From: a virus
Taxonomy: Duplodnaviria > Caudoviricetes
Virus record (IMG/VR): IMGVR_UViG_3300011678_000001
Span: 64,001 to 128,000 of that record
Length of the DNA stretch: 64,000 nucleotides
Strand: one strand, 5' to 3'
Both the position numbers and the translations under genes were made by a program. How positions within the stretch are numbered: the first letter of the stretch is position 1; each line of letters begins with the position of its first letter. Below the pieces are notes generated by a model. The model saw only the letters and a program-made list of their open reading frames with translations. It searched no databases and was not told the origin of the DNA. This document shows positions 55,434-64,000 of the stretch, piece after piece.

Positions 55434-56417
55434 TTAGACAATAGTGGTTGTGACGTTACCGATGGGTAACAAGGCGTCTTCAGTGGCGTAACTTGCCACT
55501 TGAATTCGAGCTACAGCTTCGTGTAACACGCCATCCATACCACCTACGCTTAATGGCTGGTCGAGGGTGTCGTAACCGACCACGTTGATTCGGAAGATCG
55601 ACTGACTATGGTCGTAAGAGACATCGCCCACATTCAGAAGGAGCGGAGACATCGAATCGAGTTGAATGCCGCCGGCGTTGAAGGCAAACAAGTCGTTTGG
55701 AATCAATTCCAAGACTGGACGCCAGCCGTAACTGCCGGTCGCAGTCGCACTGGAGGTGTTGGTGAGAATCCCTGCCAGGCTGCTGTGGGTGCTCGCAATA
55801 CGCCAAACGCGCATGCCGCCGGCGGTCTTGACCTCACTGGCTGGTTTTTCCTGCACCCAACTGTATTGACCATTGCCTGAAAAGCCCAGTTGGACAGCCG
55901 TTTGACGAGTCCAGTACTCGCCCGAGGGATCGTTATCCCACAGCTTGAACAGCAGGTCGTCGACTTCACCGCCAATGGCGGTAGCCGGGTTGGCGTTACC
56001 GCCCTTCATCAACCGAACGATGTAGGCGTTATTATTGATGACCAGAATCTTCTTCTGATCGACTGGACCGTTATTGCCAGTGAACGGACCTGAACCTTCG
56101 AGCCCATAGACCGCACCAGCTTCGTAAATCTTGTCCCAAGACATGTCGTAGCGGTACGTCATCTTAGGGATGAACAAGGTCTTCTTACCGTGCATGAACT
56201 TCAGCCAAGGGGCTGTCGTGTTTGCAGCAGTGCCCGTTGTTAACCCGACCAAAGATGCCAGTGCAGCACCGTCGATCAGGTCAGCAGTCGGAACCTCGCC
56301 AAAGTAACCCTTATCGATATTGCCTGCGATGAGGGCTTTAGCACCGGGTCCCGTATACCTGAACGGGTTGAAGCCCTTGCGTTGTCTCGCCGCAGCGACC
56401 ATCAGCGCATGGAGCAT
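55434..56417 (-). CDS. Jumbo-phage virion structural paralog
   Basis: TGPGA, GYFGE, WLKF, GWRPVLE; no FN3-like N-terminus; C-terminal extension. Confidence 0.7.
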   Translation of the reverse strand: MLHALMVAAARQRKGFNPFRYTGPGAKALIAGNIDKGYFGEVPTADLIDGAALASLVGLTTGTAANTTAPWLKFMHGKKTLFIPKMTYRYDMSWDKIYEAGAVYGLEGSGPFTGNNGPVDQKKILVINNNAYIVRLMKGGNANPATAIGGEVDDLLFKLWDNDPSGEYWTRQTAVQLGFSGNGQYSWVQEKPASEVKTAGGMRVWRIASTHSSLAGILTNTSSATATGSYGWRPVLELIPNDLFAFNAGGIQLDSMSPLLLNVGDVSYDHSQSIFRINVVGYDTLDQPLSVGGMDGVLHEAVARIQVASYATEDALLPIGNVTTTIV

Positions 56418-56523
56418 GTTTGTGTACCTTCGTGAGTTCAAGCCAGCATAGCAACGATTGCAGGTGCAATCCCCCATGGCACAAATCATCCATGAGATCA
56501 CTGCACCTGCAATCTGCTAGTTC

Positions 56524-57036
56524 TTACGGAACCAGTACCATGCCCTTACCGAGCAAGTAACCGTCCCACGTTGCACCACCGTCGACAGTGCTGAAGGCCA
56601 GGGTGTCACGACCGTTAGCGCTCAGTTCAGGCTTCGCACCGTCCGACCAATGGATGTTGTTCCACCAGGTGATCGGGAAGGCAGCGCCGTTGGTCAGGCG
56701 CAGCGTGAAGGTGTAGGCCCGACCAGCGGCTGGTACACGCGACAGAGTGAAGGTGGTCGCAGCCGTGATGGTCTTGCCGAAGTGGTTGGCCACCCAGCAA
56801 TCGATCGCAGCGCCAGCGCCCAGGGCTTCGTAACGCTCAGTGATAGCGACGCCGATGTCACCGCCACTGAACATGCCCATCTCGATGTTTTCAGCGTCGT
56901 AGGACTGACGCAGCTCTTCGATCAGGCGGTCTACTTCAGCGATAGAGGCAGCATCGCCTGCATCGATAGCCGTTTTGACTTTGCCAGAATAGTTCTGGAG
57001 GGAAGCCAACAGGGCTTGTATTTTAGTTGCGTCCAT
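56524..57036 (-). CDS. Tail-fibre-type beta-domain protein
   Basis: FTLRLTNG...ITW...W..G..P.LS..G.D...F.T.DGG.TW.G. Confidence 0.65.
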   Translation of the reverse strand: MDATKIQALLASLQNYSGKVKTAIDAGDAASIAEVDRLIEELRQSYDAENIEMGMFSGGDIGVAITERYEALGAGAAIDCWVANHFGKTITAATTFTLSRVPAAGRAYTFTLRLTNGAAFPITWWNNIHWSDGAKPELSANGRDTLAFSTVDGGATWDGYLLGKGMVLVP

Positions 57037-57067
57037 TGTGGTCTCTCAATGTGTGGAGTGTTGGCTA

Positions 57068-57505
57068 TCAGCCCTTGAAGTGGCTTTCCCCACCGATGCG
57101 GACACCGGCATAGAAGATCGCCGCGCGCCAGCGAGCAATTCCTTCATCTCGCAGAGCACGGTACAGCACCTCGTCGGCTTCCTTACGCGTCAGGGCACGA
57201 GTCGTGCCATCGGGCAGGGTTACCGGGTTGCCGCTGTACAACCAATCGTGAATCGTTGCAGCCTTATCCCCATAGTCCGCCAACAGGGCGTAGAGGGGGA
57301 ACAGGAACAGGTTACGCAACGCATCCAAACTGGCGTAGTTGGTCTCAAATCCTTTCTTGACCGTGATGGGTCCGAAGACTTCATCGTTGTAGGTGAAATC
57401 ATTGAGCATCAAGTACAAACGACGTCTGAGTTCACGGGTGTCGAAATTGGAGAACTTCCCAATGCCCAATGTATCGGTGTATTGAGGTAGTGCCAGATCG
57501 TACAT
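57068..57505 (-). CDS. DUF1353 family protein
   Basis: ITVKKGFETNYAS, AATIHDWLY, RKEAD.V, YAGVRIGG. Confidence 0.8.
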   Translation of the reverse strand: MYDLALPQYTDTLGIGKFSNFDTRELRRRLYLMLNDFTYNDEVFGPITVKKGFETNYASLDALRNLFLFPLYALLADYGDKAATIHDWLYSGNPVTLPDGTTRALTRKEADEVLYRALRDEGIARWRAAIFYAGVRIGGESHFKG

Positions 57506-57599
57506 GATCAAATCCTCGAAGAAGGCGGGAAAATCCAGTCTCATAGGATTTGTCGATTCGGCATAGAAAGCGGGCAGAACGCCCGCTGACTAGGGTGTT

Positions 57600-58523
57600 T
57601 CAGGCAAAAGCTTCGAGAATGTCCTCGATCACCGTTGCCTTGTTCGGGATGGCTTGATTGAGCGCAATACGCAACCGATGCCGTCCATTCATGGACACTG
57701 CTTGGACTCGCCCCATCTGATTCTTCTTAAGCATCTGGAAGATCGCAGGGGTTTCGTAGTTGGTCCGGCCTATGGGAGAGGACCCCACAAAACAGTTACC
57801 ATTGGTCTCACTTTGCCCATGGGCAATCATCAACCGCGTGAAGTTCTCATGACTGCAGTCTAATGAAAAGACATCGTCCTTCACCGAGCCTGAACCGTAC
57901 AGTGAGTAGTGTCCGTAACAGTGTTCAAAGCCCTCTAGGATCTTGCTGGTGATGATGTTCGGATTACCCAGTGCGTTGCATGCCGCTTGTGCTAGGAAGT
58001 CTTGTACGCGCATCCCAGCGGCCTTAGCGCGCCTTAAGTAATCGTCACTGATAAAGACCGTAGTCGTCTCAGCTTCACCTTCAATGCCCTCGAAGTTGTA
58101 CAGCCTCGGGTTGAATACCTGGTTGGGTATGATCTTGCCGATGGTGGTTGGAGATTCGTAATGCATGAGCATCCCGCCGGCTGCTACCCGAAAAAGTTCA
58201 TGGGTCAAACGACTGTAACTCCAGCCATCTAAGAACTCGTGAGTGAACGACAGCCAGTACCCTTCTTCACACTCGGCCACCTTAAAGCAGCTGGGATGAT
58301 CTAAGTGGTCGCGAGGATGGGTCGACAGTAACGTCAACCGATCCGCGATCTTGACCTGATCCCCATGCCAGTATGCACGCATCGCAGGGATGTGTTGAGC
58401 AATCTCATTGGCCGCCTCAATGAGGACATGGCCTGGGCAGTCGAAGTCCGGTACAAACAAGGCACCGTAAGTCATCTGCTTACCGTGGCCCGAGAAGGCC
58501 CGCTGCATGGGGTTCAGTCTCAT
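57600..58523 (-). CDS. Condensation-domain/CoA-dependent acyltransferase-like protein
   Basis: ATGA-coupled start MRLNPMQ; HIPAMRAYW; FTHEFLDGWS...L.HEL (HxxxDG motif). Confidence 0.65.
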   Translation of the reverse strand: MRLNPMQRAFSGHGKQMTYGALFVPDFDCPGHVLIEAANEIAQHIPAMRAYWHGDQVKIADRLTLLSTHPRDHLDHPSCFKVAECEEGYWLSFTHEFLDGWSYSRLTHELFRVAAGGMLMHYESPTTIGKIIPNQVFNPRLYNFEGIEGEAETTTVFISDDYLRRAKAAGMRVQDFLAQAACNALGNPNIITSKILEGFEHCYGHYSLYGSGSVKDDVFSLDCSHENFTRLMIAHGQSETNGNCFVGSSPIGRTNYETPAIFQMLKKNQMGRVQAVSMNGRHRLRIALNQAIPNKATVIEDILEAFA

Positions 58524-59263
58524 TTCTTGATCATCCTTACAAACCAGGAGGTGGGGTCGACTTCCCACTTCTTAATGGCAAAGTTCCACCGGTTCGGAAA
58601 CTTGTGGTGGTTGTTGTGCAACCCTTCGCCGCCAAAGAGCCAACCCAAGAGCTTGGAGTTCCGCGAGCCTTCACCGGTGTCGTAGGACACATAGCCAAAC
58701 TCGTGAATCCATTTGATCGTCACATACTTGCGAGCAAACTGCATCGCCACCACTGGAATGGCCCAGAGGTAAATCAGGGCTTCAAGGGAGATCAAAGACA
58801 GTAAGGCAATCGCCACGAACGAATACGCAAAGTAGTAGCGGTAAGTGCGCATCATGATCGGATCAGAGACAAACCTGCGCTTCATGCCAGGGGTCATCTT
58901 GACGTTGATGTTCTTGAACGACACCATGCCGCTTTGGGCGTAGTAGTGATGCGGGTCTTCAGGCGTATCGGACTTCAGGTGGTGTTCCAGATGAATGATT
59001 GCGTAGAGGCCCGGATGACCGGAGAGACTCGTGCACGTCGCCCAGATCATAAACTCACGCCAGAACGGCGTGGTCTCAAAGGAATGGTGAGTGAAGTAGC
59101 GATGGTTCCCAGCTGAGAGTCCTGCAATCCAGTAGACCTGGAACATACAGAACGAGCCCAAGAGCCACCATCCGTTCGGCATAAAAAGCGCCCCGACAGA
59201 GATGACCATCGCGAAGATGGTCATCGCCGCAGCCTGTCGGTGATCAGACTGAAGGAACCGCAT
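58520..59263 (-). CDS. Delta-9-type membrane fatty-acid desaturase 2
   Basis: His boxes HRYFTH, HLEHH(LKSDTPEDPH), GEGLHNNHH; TM helices. Confidence 0.9.
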   Translation of the reverse strand: MRFLQSDHRQAAAMTIFAMVISVGALFMPNGWWLLGSFCMFQVYWIAGLSAGNHRYFTHHSFETTPFWREFMIWATCTSLSGHPGLYAIIHLEHHLKSDTPEDPHHYYAQSGMVSFKNINVKMTPGMKRRFVSDPIMMRTYRYYFAYSFVAIALLSLISLEALIYLWAIPVVAMQFARKYVTIKWIHEFGYVSYDTGEGSRNSKLLGWLFGGEGLHNNHHKFPNRWNFAIKKWEVDPTSWFVRMIKK

Positions 59264-60060
59264 TATGCAGCCTCAGGCTTCTTGGTGCGGATCAGGCGGA
59301 TGAATTGATAGCCAATATCAAACTCCCACCATTTCTCACCCAACTCAGCACGCTTGGGGCGTTTGTGATGGTTATTGTGCCAACCTTCACCACCGGCAAT
59401 CAGTGCTGCAAACCACCAGTTGTTACTGTAGTCGCCGTTGTCGTACGTCTGATAGCCCAACCCTTTCACGTGGCCTGTCCAGAGGACGAAGCGCAGCGTC
59501 AGTTGAGACATCCCCGCCGGGACCATCCACAGCCAGAATACCGCTTCAAGGGCATTCAAACCCACCGCTACACCGATCAACGCCGCCATCAGGATGTACG
59601 ACGCTACGTAGAGCCAGTAGTACTTGATGGTCAGTTGATGCAGGGTATCTCGGGCCACCATGGTCAATAGGAAGCGCTTGCTGACCTTCGTCTTGTGATC
59701 GAAGGGCGATTCACCGGTCAACTGTAACTTGACGTAAGGATCTTCTGGTGTATCGGCTTTACGGTGGTGCGTCATGTGCGTATCGGCCCAGATGCACGGC
59801 GGTCCCACCAGGGAGACCATTGCACAATAGGACATCACCCATTGCCAGAAGCGGTTGGTTTCGAACGCGTTGTGTGAATAGTACCGATGCACCCCCACAC
59901 TGATGCCCACCACGTTCAGGATCTGCCACAGCACCAAGGCTGCGATGATCAGAACGGGATTGAACTGCAAGAACGCGACGATCGGGGCGAGTGCCACCGA
60001 TGTCATGATGATCCGGTTACCCCAGACCATGTTGGTGTTGGTTGGTTTGAACATGTTCAT
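59263..60060 (-). CDS. Delta-9-type membrane fatty-acid desaturase 1
   Basis: His boxes HRYYSH, HMTHH(RKADTPEDP), GEGWHNNHH; WWEFD. Confidence 0.9.
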   Translation of the reverse strand: MNMFKPTNTNMVWGNRIIMTSVALAPIVAFLQFNPVLIIAALVLWQILNVVGISVGVHRYYSHNAFETNRFWQWVMSYCAMVSLVGPPCIWADTHMTHHRKADTPEDPYVKLQLTGESPFDHKTKVSKRFLLTMVARDTLHQLTIKYYWLYVASYILMAALIGVAVGLNALEAVFWLWMVPAGMSQLTLRFVLWTGHVKGLGYQTYDNGDYSNNWWFAALIAGGEGWHNNHHKRPKRAELGEKWWEFDIGYQFIRLIRTKKPEAA

Positions 60061-60068
60061 GCTACCCC

Positions 60069-60698
60069 TTACCCCTGTAGGATTTTCACGGTCGCCAAGG
60101 CGTCTGGTTCGACTTCCGGATACAGCGCCTTGATGTCTTCTTTGGTCACTTCATACATATACACCACAAAGGCGTTTTCAGTACTGGTGTTGGTCAAGGT
60201 GTAGGCTTGGGGCTTGGTCAACTTGAGGTGTTTGAATGCATTGTGCTCGCCAGTACCAATGGTGACGCTGCCTTCGACAATGAACAGGTTGCGCTCAAGG
60301 TCAGAGGCCTCGATGGTCACCGATTCGCCCGGTGCGAGTGGATAGTTCGCTGACCGATACAGCTTAGCACTGATGTCGTTGGCCATGATGCAGACAAACT
60401 TGCTGTCATCTTCACCACCCTGAACCCGGTACTCGCCCTTAACGCTCAAACGTGCATCCAAGGTAGCATCGCCCCGGTGACGTTCGAAATCAGGCATGGT
60501 TGCCGAGACGAACTGAATCGTGCCTTTGACAATGGCATTGGCCCGATAAGTGTTGACCCCAATGGTGGAGTCGTTGAAGGCTGTTTCACGAGGGACGTCC
60601 ACCGCAAGCACCACGTACTGGCCTTTGTTCAGACTCAGCTCATAGACCTTGAAGTTAGGCAGTACCCGTACGTTCCAGCCAGCTGGTAGGAATTCCAT
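60069..60698 (-). CDS. Double cupin-like beta protein
   Basis: AIVKGTIQF and LFIVEGSVTIG strands; GGAG RBS. Confidence 0.5.
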   Translation of the reverse strand: MEFLPAGWNVRVLPNFKVYELSLNKGQYVVLAVDVPRETAFNDSTIGVNTYRANAIVKGTIQFVSATMPDFERHRGDATLDARLSVKGEYRVQGGEDDSKFVCIMANDISAKLYRSANYPLAPGESVTIEASDLERNLFIVEGSVTIGTGEHNAFKHLKLTKPQAYTLTNTSTENAFVVYMYEVTKEDIKALYPEVEPDALATVKILQG

Positions 60699-60700
60699 GG

Positions 60701-60928
60701 TCAGATCTCCTCAGAGTCAGGATGTCGATCAATGGCAGTGGTGGTGGGTGACGGAATATCCGCCGGAGGTAAACCGCTGTTCTCGATCAGGGCGTATGCC
60801 ATGCCCAGAACAAAAGCTTCCTTAACCGACAGACCTCCGAGGTCAAGTGGGGCGAAGTTGATTTTCGACTCCCCGAGGTCACCGCGCACCGTGGCGCTGG
60901 TGGATTGGATCGAAACTACTTTAAGCAT
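60701..60928 (-). CDS. Small hypothetical protein
   Basis: 75 aa, tightly packed in the operon. Confidence 0.55.
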   Translation of the reverse strand: MLKVVSIQSTSATVRGDLGESKINFAPLDLGGLSVKEAFVLGMAYALIENSGLPPADIPSPTTTAIDRHPDSEEI

Positions 60929-60948
60929 GACAATGTACCTTTAACAAA

Positions 60949-61533
60949 TTAGACCAAGACAACCGTGGTGGTCTGGTTGACAATGGCGTTATAGATGGCC
61001 TGCCACTGCGCGGAGCTTAAAGTCACACCTCCCACCCAACCGGCAGCAGTAGTGGGCTTGAAGCTACAGGTGTTGAGGTTAGCGCCTTTGAGGTCCTGAT
61101 CTCGGGTCATGTATCCAGCTATCGTGATACCGCCGATATTGATGCCTCGCACGCTTGCGGTCTGGGTGTTGCCTGGCGTGTTAAGCTGGAAGTAGATTGA
61201 GTAGCTATATGTTCCGTTATAGAGCGACCGGTTAATACGGATCTGCACGATGCCAGCACCCATGATAGAACCTGGGCTGACTGACCCGTAAGAACCTGGC
61301 ATGGAGCCAGTGTCTAAGAAATCGGCCGATGTCTGTGAGTTTACGGCGTATAAACTAAACGAACCCAGGCCTACCACAGCCGACTTACCACGAAGTTGAG
61401 TCAGTGAGATAGGACCGCTACCGACACCAGCCAAGCCTCGAACGTTAGAGGCACCTAGACTTATCGCACCACCGACGCCCAATTCGGCTCGCACTTGCGC
61501 CAATGAAATAGGACCACTTGAAGGTAAAGCCAT
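60949..61533 (-). CDS. Fibre-tip adhesin / receptor-binding protein
   Basis: MALPSSGPISL.QV..ELG...ISL...VR.LAGV.SGPISL..LRGKS attachment-like N-terminus; variable beta C-terminus; follows the S74 fibre. Confidence 0.65.
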   Translation of the reverse strand: MALPSSGPISLAQVRAELGVGGAISLGASNVRGLAGVGSGPISLTQLRGKSAVVGLGSFSLYAVNSQTSADFLDTGSMPGSYGSVSPGSIMGAGIVQIRINRSLYNGTYSYSIYFQLNTPGNTQTASVRGINIGGITIAGYMTRDQDLKGANLNTCSFKPTTAAGWVGGVTLSSAQWQAIYNAIVNQTTTVVLV

Positions 61534-61597
61534 GATGGGCTCTCCTGTTCAATAAGGTGGAGTCATAGAGGAGAGGCTAGGCCTCTCCTCTATTTCG

Positions 61598-62047
61598 TTA
61601 GACCGCCGGTGTCTCGGTTCCTGTGTCGTCGACAGGTTCCTCAGCGTTAGCGGCTTCTTCTGCCGCGGCAGCTTCTGCATCACGCTCGGCTTGTTCCATC
61701 TCCAGCAGACGCAGGTAGTCTGCATCACGCTTGTCGGCAAAGTGCACGTAAGCAGAGGTCAACAGGGCTGCCAGCGTGGCCACGTTCGCTTGCTGACCCG
61801 AGGGCGTACCATCAGGGTTGAGTACCTCGAACGTTTCACCGATGTTAGCCGCATCAATGGCCATCATCAGTTCACCAGCAGGACGCCGGAAGACCGTGCC
61901 GTCCATTTCGACGACTTGCTCTTCAGCGAACATCACCCGAGGAATCTGACCGTAGTCGTTGTAGATGGTGATCGAGGACGCCCGCTTCCAGGTGTCACCT
62001 GTAGCAGTCTGGATGTTGTATTTGAAATCCATCGTTGGGATTGTCAT
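61598..62047 (-). CDS. Tail-fibre-associated protein
   Basis: Lies between fibre and adhesin; acidic tail. Confidence 0.55.
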   Translation of the reverse strand: MTIPTMDFKYNIQTATGDTWKRASSITIYNDYGQIPRVMFAEEQVVEMDGTVFRRPAGELMMAIDAANIGETFEVLNPDGTPSGQQANVATLAALLTSAYVHFADKRDADYLRLLEMEQAERDAEAAAAEEAANAEEPVDDTGTETPAV

Positions 62048-62071
62048 GAACGCATTGCCTTATGGATGGGG

Positions 62072-63556
62072 TTACTGACCTGCAGGTGACTGAGCCACTT
62101 GCGTCTGGAGTTCTTGGAACAGGGCTGTCAGGATGTCGACACGCTGACTCAGTGCATCGATCTGATTACCTTGATCGACGACAATGCCGTGCAGCTCCTT
62201 GATGCCTTCAGCCAGCAGGGCTGTGACGTTACCGTAGGAGATACCCATGTAGCCGTCTGGTTCGCCCTTGGAGACGACTTCCGGCAGCACCTTGTACATC
62301 TCTTGGGCAATGAAGCCTGCTTGAATCTGGCCACTGTCTTTACGACGGTAGATCACACCCCGCACACCATGAATGCGCTCAAGGGGATTGTCGATGACCC
62401 GGATATTATCCTTCAGTCGGATGTCCGAATACGCCGTGATGTTACCGGCGGCGTAAATGTCCAAGGCCACACCCAGACCACCGGAGATACGCACCGCGCC
62501 TGAAGTGGCCGACGTGGCGTTACTGGTGTTGCCGAACGTGGTGATCCCGGTAACCGTACCACCGCCAGTTGAGAACTTCGCATCCAGCGCAGCTTGCAGT
62601 CCCGATACGGTCGAGATGGCTTGTGTGCCGGTATGGTTAGCTCGGTTGATCAATACCGCATCAGAGGAGTTGACCGTTGCACCGGCTGCAACCCCATCCA
62701 GTTTGGACTTATCTGCTGCGGTCATGAGACCCGCCAGGGCTGTGGTCGCTGCCGCGATGGCCGCATTAGCCCCGGTGGAACTGGAGACTGTACCGGCAGT
62801 TGCAGAAGCCGACCATGACAGGTTTGTTGCGACGTTGACTTGTGCACCGGCTTGAATGCCGTCCAACTTGCTCTTGTCCGCTGAGGTCAGAAGACCTGCA
62901 GCGGCTGTAGTAGCTGCTGGAAGTGTGGCGTTAGTGCCTGTCGAACTGACCACTGTACCGGTGGTGGTGGCCGTGGTATAGCTGAGGTTGGTGGCCACGT
63001 TAACCTGAGCACCTGCCTCAATACCATCCAGCTTAGTTTTTTCTGAAGAACTGTTCCACCAGCTGGCGATGGCTTGACGTACCCGTTCTGCTGTCCACGC
63101 TCGGCGAGTGGTAGATGTACCCGCTTCCGCTTCCGCTTGTGTGATGGTGGAGGCGACCCATTCCCGACTGTTGGTCAGACGGACATCGGTGTTTTCCACC
63201 TTGGTAGCCAGCGAATCGCTTAAGCCTGTAATCTTACTGATCTCAAGGGCTGGGATATCCGCTGCAATCAACAGCTCGCCTTTGGTGACACGGCCTTTAC
63301 TGTCCACGGTGACTTTGGGGTAGATCCCCGGAGCCACTGCGGTGTTAGCCAGGGTCAAGGCAACCGATACAGCAGCATTACCAGGAACCGACTTGGTGCC
63401 AGTGGCATCGCCTGTGAACGACAGGGTAAACGGGTTGGTCAGCTTATCGGCGCTGACCGCGGCTGCCGTTTTGTCCAACTTCGTATCAATGGATGCAGAG
63501 ATCCCCGACATTAAGTTGGCAAACTTCAGCTTGAGTGCTTCAATTTGAGTTGACAT
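62072..63556 (-). CDS. Tail fibre with C-terminal intramolecular chaperone (peptidase S74)
   Basis: YPKVTVDSKGRV; repeated KLDGI.AGAQVNVATNLS units; SDIRLKDNI...GFIAQE..PEVV..ISYGNVTALLAEGIKEL. Confidence 0.88.
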   Translation of the reverse strand: MSTQIEALKLKFANLMSGISASIDTKLDKTAAAVSADKLTNPFTLSFTGDATGTKSVPGNAAVSVALTLANTAVAPGIYPKVTVDSKGRVTKGELLIAADIPALEISKITGLSDSLATKVENTDVRLTNSREWVASTITQAEAEAGTSTTRRAWTAERVRQAIASWWNSSSEKTKLDGIEAGAQVNVATNLSYTTATTTGTVVSSTGTNATLPAATTAAAGLLTSADKSKLDGIQAGAQVNVATNLSWSASATAGTVSSSTGANAAIAAATTALAGLMTAADKSKLDGVAAGATVNSSDAVLINRANHTGTQAISTVSGLQAALDAKFSTGGGTVTGITTFGNTSNATSATSGAVRISGGLGVALDIYAAGNITAYSDIRLKDNIRVIDNPLERIHGVRGVIYRRKDSGQIQAGFIAQEMYKVLPEVVSKGEPDGYMGISYGNVTALLAEGIKELHGIVVDQGNQIDALSQRVDILTALFQELQTQVAQSPAGQ

Positions 63557-63594
63557 CTTGGTTCAACCTTGTAAAGAGGGAGAGCCCACGACCC

Positions 63595-64000
63595 TCACCG
63601 CTTGAACAAGGTGCTTAGGGCACGCAAGTTACGCGGCAGAGACGGGGTGAATTCGACAGTGCTGTATTCAGGCAGGGCTTTGAGGTCTGCCATGGCTTTA
63701 CGCAAGCCTCTGACCGGGGTGGCTTGTCCGGCGTAGCTGTTGATCGTGTTCAGGGCATTGGGCACGTAGTTGGTATCCAGTACAGGCTGGAACCGCTTGA
63801 CCGTGAAGACGGCCGTCATGTTCAAGGGCGTTGACAGGATCACCTTAAAGGTGTCACCGTTGTTGACCAGGAACGAACCTGTGACACCTGAATCCCACGT
63901 CAGTTTAGACCCGCCAGCGGCGGTGTAACCCACGGTGCCCTTACGGACATCATTGACGTAGAGGATGCCTGCAACGGTTTCAGCTGGGGTTCCACTGATC
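63595..64000 (-). CDS. 3' end of a putative structural gene entering from the right edge
   Basis: Frame stays open from 63999 (ISGTPAETVAGILYVNDVRKGTVGY...) to the stop at 63595. Confidence 0.6.
   Translation of the reverse strand, partial: ISGTPAETVAGILYVNDVRKGTVGYTAAGGSKLTWDSGVTGSFLVNNGDTFKVILSTPLNMTAVFTVKRFQPVLDTNYVPNALNTINSYAGQATPVRGLRKAMADLKALPEYSTVEFTPSLPRNLRALSTLFKR

Noticed and set aside
60930-60940. TACATTGT early-promoter-like motif
   Set aside because: Only a few nt from the next ATG and overlapping its RBS; probably coincidental.
1-64000. CRISPR arrays, tRNAs, rRNA, transposases
   Set aside because: No regularly spaced repeats, cloverleaf signatures or transposase motifs seen by eye. 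Repeats found are coding repeats or terminators.

Overview
This is a 64-kb segment of a phiKZ-related (Chimalliviridae-like) jumbo myophage genome. The assignment rests on three things: a phiKZ-type major capsid gene running off the left edge (absent from the ORF track), a phiKZ-type DnaB helicase, and head proteins carrying S/A/G-x-E prohead-protease motifs. The window also holds nucleotide and DNA enzymes (dcd, nrdA, nrdB, DHFR, NUDIX, NAD-dependent ligase, SF2 helicase), spanins, an SspB-like adaptor, a histone-H1/AlgP-like protein, several tandem families of fibre or virion proteins, and many small minus-strand genes behind a repeated TACAT promoter-like motif. Four things stand out. (1) Three intergenic, hairpin-dense regions (~440, ~860 and ~110-145 nt) each begin at a TATG-TA late-promoter-like site on the minus strand and end in a terminator, and look like phage non-coding RNAs. 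(2) A cassette of two intact fatty-acid desaturases plus a condensation-domain-like acyltransferase sits directly behind the tail fibre and adhesin genes. (3) A conserved promoter-plus-leader unit drives unannotated small membrane peptides. (4) There is a catalytically dead prohead-protease paralog and a frameshifted thermonuclease. No tRNA, rRNA or CRISPR array was seen. All assignments come from motif recognition by eye; no searches or folding programs were run.
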